Assembly (NCBI GenBank): GCA_010093995.1
Contig: ML992501.1
Coordinates: 3,182,489-3,246,488 of the forward strand
DNA: 64,000 nt
DNA from: Elsinoe ampelina
Taxonomy: Eukaryota
Direction: 5' to 3'
Shown here: positions 60,962 to 64,000 of the stretch, in pieces
How the letters are laid out: each line of letters starts with the position of its first letter
How positions within the stretch are numbered: position 1 is the first letter of the stretch
Notes under the pieces: model-generated
Seen by the model: only the letters and a program-made list of their open reading frames with translations
What the model was told of the DNA's origin: nothing
Databases searched by the model: none
Translations under genes and position numbers: made by a program

Positions 60962-62047
60962 ATGTCTGAATCTAAGCTGCCAGCAAGAATGATGGCCGTC
61001 AAGAGTGTTATTGGTCCAAAGGGAAACAGCCTCATCAGGACACGAGAAGTACCCTTACCTCGACTGCGTAAAGGCTACGCACTGGTCCGAGTATTCGCTG
61101 TTGCTCTAAATCCTTCAGATTGGCAGAAAGCGTTCTTCATCACAACGGATGGCGCCACCCTAGGCACAGACTTCGCAGGCGTTCTTGTGCAGCTCTCCGA
61201 GAACGATGATAGAAAATTACAACCCGGCGATAGAGTTTTTGGCATGACGATGAACAGCAATCCACTGGAACATGAAGATGGCTGCTTTGGAGAGTACGCA
61301 CTTGTCAAGCAACATCTCCTTGCTAGAATCCCCGATACGCTATCTTTTACCTCAGGATGCACCCTGGGCACTGCCATCGTCACAGCCGGCTTAGTCTTGT
61401 ACCGAAGTCTTGATCTGGAGATGCCCAAGGCGGATTCATCTTTACCACTCAAGGACGAGTACTTACTCGTCAATGGTGGTTCGACTGCAACGGGAACTAT
61501 CGTGATACAGCTCGCAAGACTCAGTGGTTATCGGGTGATATCGACCAACCGTCCTCACAACGATGAGCTTGTCCTAGCAGCAGGGGCGGAGAGAACCTTT
61601 GACTACAGGCAGGAGCACTGCGCTGTAGAGATCCTCAATTTTACTAGAGGGACCTTGACAAGAGCAGTCGATTGCATCAGTTCTAGTGGCAGTGCTGCAA
61701 TCTGCTCCACGGCGATGGGCAAGGCCGGTGGCAAGGTTTGCTTTCTGTTACCTATGGAAAAAGCAAAGGTGCCTAGAAACGACGTTGTCATTGAGGTTAT
61801 CTATGCGTACAGCGCAATTGACGAGCCATATGAGATTGGATTACAACGAGAATTGATGCAGCCCTTGCCGGAGGACGTTACACTTGCGCGGCAATTTCTG
61901 CCTCTATCAGAGTCTCTGTTGTCTGACAATAAAATCAAGCCTCATCCAATCGAGAAACGGTCAGGAGGATTGGGTGGGATCCATCGAGGGCTGAAAGACC
62001 TCCAGGATGGCAAAATCAGTGGGCGCAAACTGGTCTACGAGGTATGA
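60962..62047 (+). CDS. Trans-acting enoyl reductase (LovC/TenC-like MDR)
   Basis: AVALNPSDW, LGTDFAG, GCFGEYA, LVNGGSTATG, GAERTFDY, GKISGRKLVY. Divergent from the PKS-NRPS. Confidence 0.93.
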   Translation: MSESKLPARMMAVKSVIGPKGNSLIRTREVPLPRLRKGYALVRVFAVALNPSDWQKAFFITTDGATLGTDFAGVLVQLSENDDRKLQPGDRVFGMTMNSNPLEHEDGCFGEYALVKQHLLARIPDTLSFTSGCTLGTAIVTAGLVLYRSLDLEMPKADSSLPLKDEYLLVNGGSTATGTIVIQLARLSGYRVISTNRPHNDELVLAAGAERTFDYRQEHCAVEILNFTRGTLTRAVDCISSSGSAAICSTAMGKAGGKVCFLLPMEKAKVPRNDVVIEVIYAYSAIDEPYEIGLQRELMQPLPEDVTLARQFLPLSESLLSDNKIKPHPIEKRSGGLGGIHRGLKDLQDGKISGRKLVYEV

Positions 62048-62187
62048 CAGCCTCTGCTAGGACGACATCTACGTTCGTGCCTTGGTGGAATAAGAAGTAC
62101 ACCATGTATATGTCAGTCATCAATACTATCTGCCGGACGATATCACAGTGCCCAGTCCAGATCATGCTAAAGCCTACTGGCCCGATA

Positions 62188-62350
62188 ACGTATGAGATGG
62201 GGCCCTTAGGGGTTTGCACACCGCCCCCTTTGCACACTTCCGGGTCCTTCACCAATCACATTTCCGCGATCAACGCCGATACCTAATTCACTGGAACGTG
62301 TAGAAGCCACGTGGCGTGCAAAGGAGTGTGCAAACCCTCATCTTATACGT
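62188..62350. mobile_element. MITE-like non-autonomous DNA transposon (pogo/Fot1-type ends), 163 bp
   Basis: Flanked by TA on both sides (62186-87, 62351-52). Left end ACGTATGAGATG..GGGTTTGCACAC..CCTTTGCAC; reverse complement of right end ACGTATAAGATGAGGGTTTGCACACTCCTTTGCAC. Confidence 0.75.
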
Positions 62351-62352
62351 TA

Positions 62353-64000
62353 GTACAACGGGGCGAATAGGACAATGCTTTAAGCTAAGCCCTAGTACTA
62401 GGGTAAGAGGACGCTACACTTTTAGTAATATACGGTATAGGCAGTTTTAACAGCTACACAGTCTATATAGCTAGAGTCGATTACTTCTCCTTCTAGCTAG
62501 ATAGCATAAAACTAGTACTTACTATCGATTAGCCGTCGATAGGCTATTAACGATAGTGCCGAGACAATAGATAATACTATTAAACTATAAAACTAGCTAT
62601 AGAGTTAGTGTAGCTAGCTATACTAACTCTATAGCTATTAGAAGAAGTAAAGTATATACTAAAGAGGCTAGAGGCTAGAGATAGTTAAAGGCTATCTAGA
62701 TAACCTTTTATCTAGTAGCTAGTATTATTAAATATTTACTATTATACCTTTTTAAATAGGTATAAAATAGAGCACTTATAGTAGTATTAATATTTAGTTA
62801 AATACTAGTAACTATAAATACTATATTTATAGCTATTATTATAGCCTCTACTATCTTCTTATTATAGTAAATATAGTATATAATTATTATAGCTACTACC
62901 TCTTTAGCCTTAACCTTAAGCCTTATAACTAGTTAACTAAATAGTACTAGCCTTACTAGTACCTTCTTTAATATAGTCTTCTCTATAGCTAATACTATTA
63001 CTAGTTATACTAACTACTTAACCTACTATACTACTAGTTATAGTATTAAGTTTATATACTCTATAAGTAGTATACTAGAATTTAGCTAAGGTAGTAAACT
63101 TAGTAGTATTAATAGAAAAGAAAGAGCTAAAGAAGAAGAAAGATACTAAGACTAATAAGAAAGAAAAGAAGATTATTATTATCTTAAAGAAGTAAAAGTA
63201 ACTAGTAAAGAAAACACTACTAAGAAAGAAGTAAAAGGTAATAGCTATAGCTAAGAGTAGTAGTAGTACTAAGCTAAGTACTTACTAGTTAGATATATAA
63301 AAGAAAATAATCTTAGTAATAGCTTAAAAGATTAGACTAGTACTTATATATAGTAAGCCTCTTATAGCTTAGTTTAAGAAGCTAAGGTTAAACTAGAAGT
63401 AGAAGACTAGTAAGAATTATACCTATCTAACTTATATATTTAAAAGCTAGATTAAGACTTAGTATAAGAAGTAGATATAGTACTATTATAATAATCTAAG
63501 TAAATTAAAAAATATAATAGATTTAAAGCTATAAATAGACTTCTTTATTAAGGAGGTATAGAAGCTTTATAAGTAAAAGATAAAGAGTATAAAGGAGAAA
63601 GATACTAAGGCTAAAGTAACTTACCTTTATTACTAGTTAATATCTTTTTTTACTTACTAAGGCTTATACTAGAGTAAGAATAATTAGTTAAATAAGAAGA
63701 ATAAGGTAGAGAAGAAGAATAAGAAGAATAAGACTAGTACTAATACTACTACTATTACTACTACTATAGTGTCTACTTTACTAGAGATAAAGTATAGTAG
63801 TACTAGTTATAATAGCTTAGTAAGTACTACTAGAGGTAGAAGTAGATCTTAAGGTATTTATTAGTATAGTAGTTAGTATAATATAGAGTTAAATACTAAC
63901 TATAAAATTATAGTATATATTACTAAGAAGTATACTACTTTAGCTATAGCTAGAGGCTAAGATAGAAAGCTATCTAGCTTATATAGTATTATTAAATAGC
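62353..64000. mobile_element. RIP-degenerated AT-rich repeat (transposon relic), continues beyond the window
   Basis: Abrupt AT enrichment, excess TA/TAG/CTA, near absence of CA/TG dinucleotides, and no ORFs in the track. Confidence 0.88.

Noticed and set aside
63000..63800. Possible gag-like coding remnant in the AT-rich block
   Set aside because: Too degraded by RIP to assign a transposon class by eye.

Overview
Compact, intron-containing DNA from a filamentous ascomycete (Pezizomycotina; ~45-55 nt GT-AG introns with CTGAC/CTAAC branch sites, and an RIP-type AT-rich end). (1) 1-11.5 kb holds a tandem array of three head-to-head gene pairs. Each pair is an atypical HSPA12-like Hsp70-fold ATPase (minus strand) and an uncharacterised coiled-coil protein (plus strand) whose C-terminus resembles the GrpE beta-domain. 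Intron positions are conserved across copies and the bidirectional promoters share motifs, but the proteins are strongly diverged. This is the best candidate for an undescribed system. (2) 12-45 kb is mostly housekeeping genes: cytochrome c, NFU1, a GH63-like glucosidase, an HSL-like lipase, DPP4, Swi6/Cdc10, an LYR protein, a GNAT and NAM9. Accessory genes are interspersed: an Stc1-domain protein with GGWG repeats, an APH-like kinase, two SDRs and two short DUF6604-like genes. (3) 46-62 kb is a three-gene secondary-metabolite cluster (DMATS prenyltransferase, PKS-NRPS hybrid, trans-enoyl reductase), bordered on the left by a truncated oxidoreductase. (4) 62.2-64 kb has a TA-flanked MITE-like element followed by heavily RIP-mutated repeat DNA. 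Gene models were spliced by eye and family calls rest on recognised motifs, not database searches.
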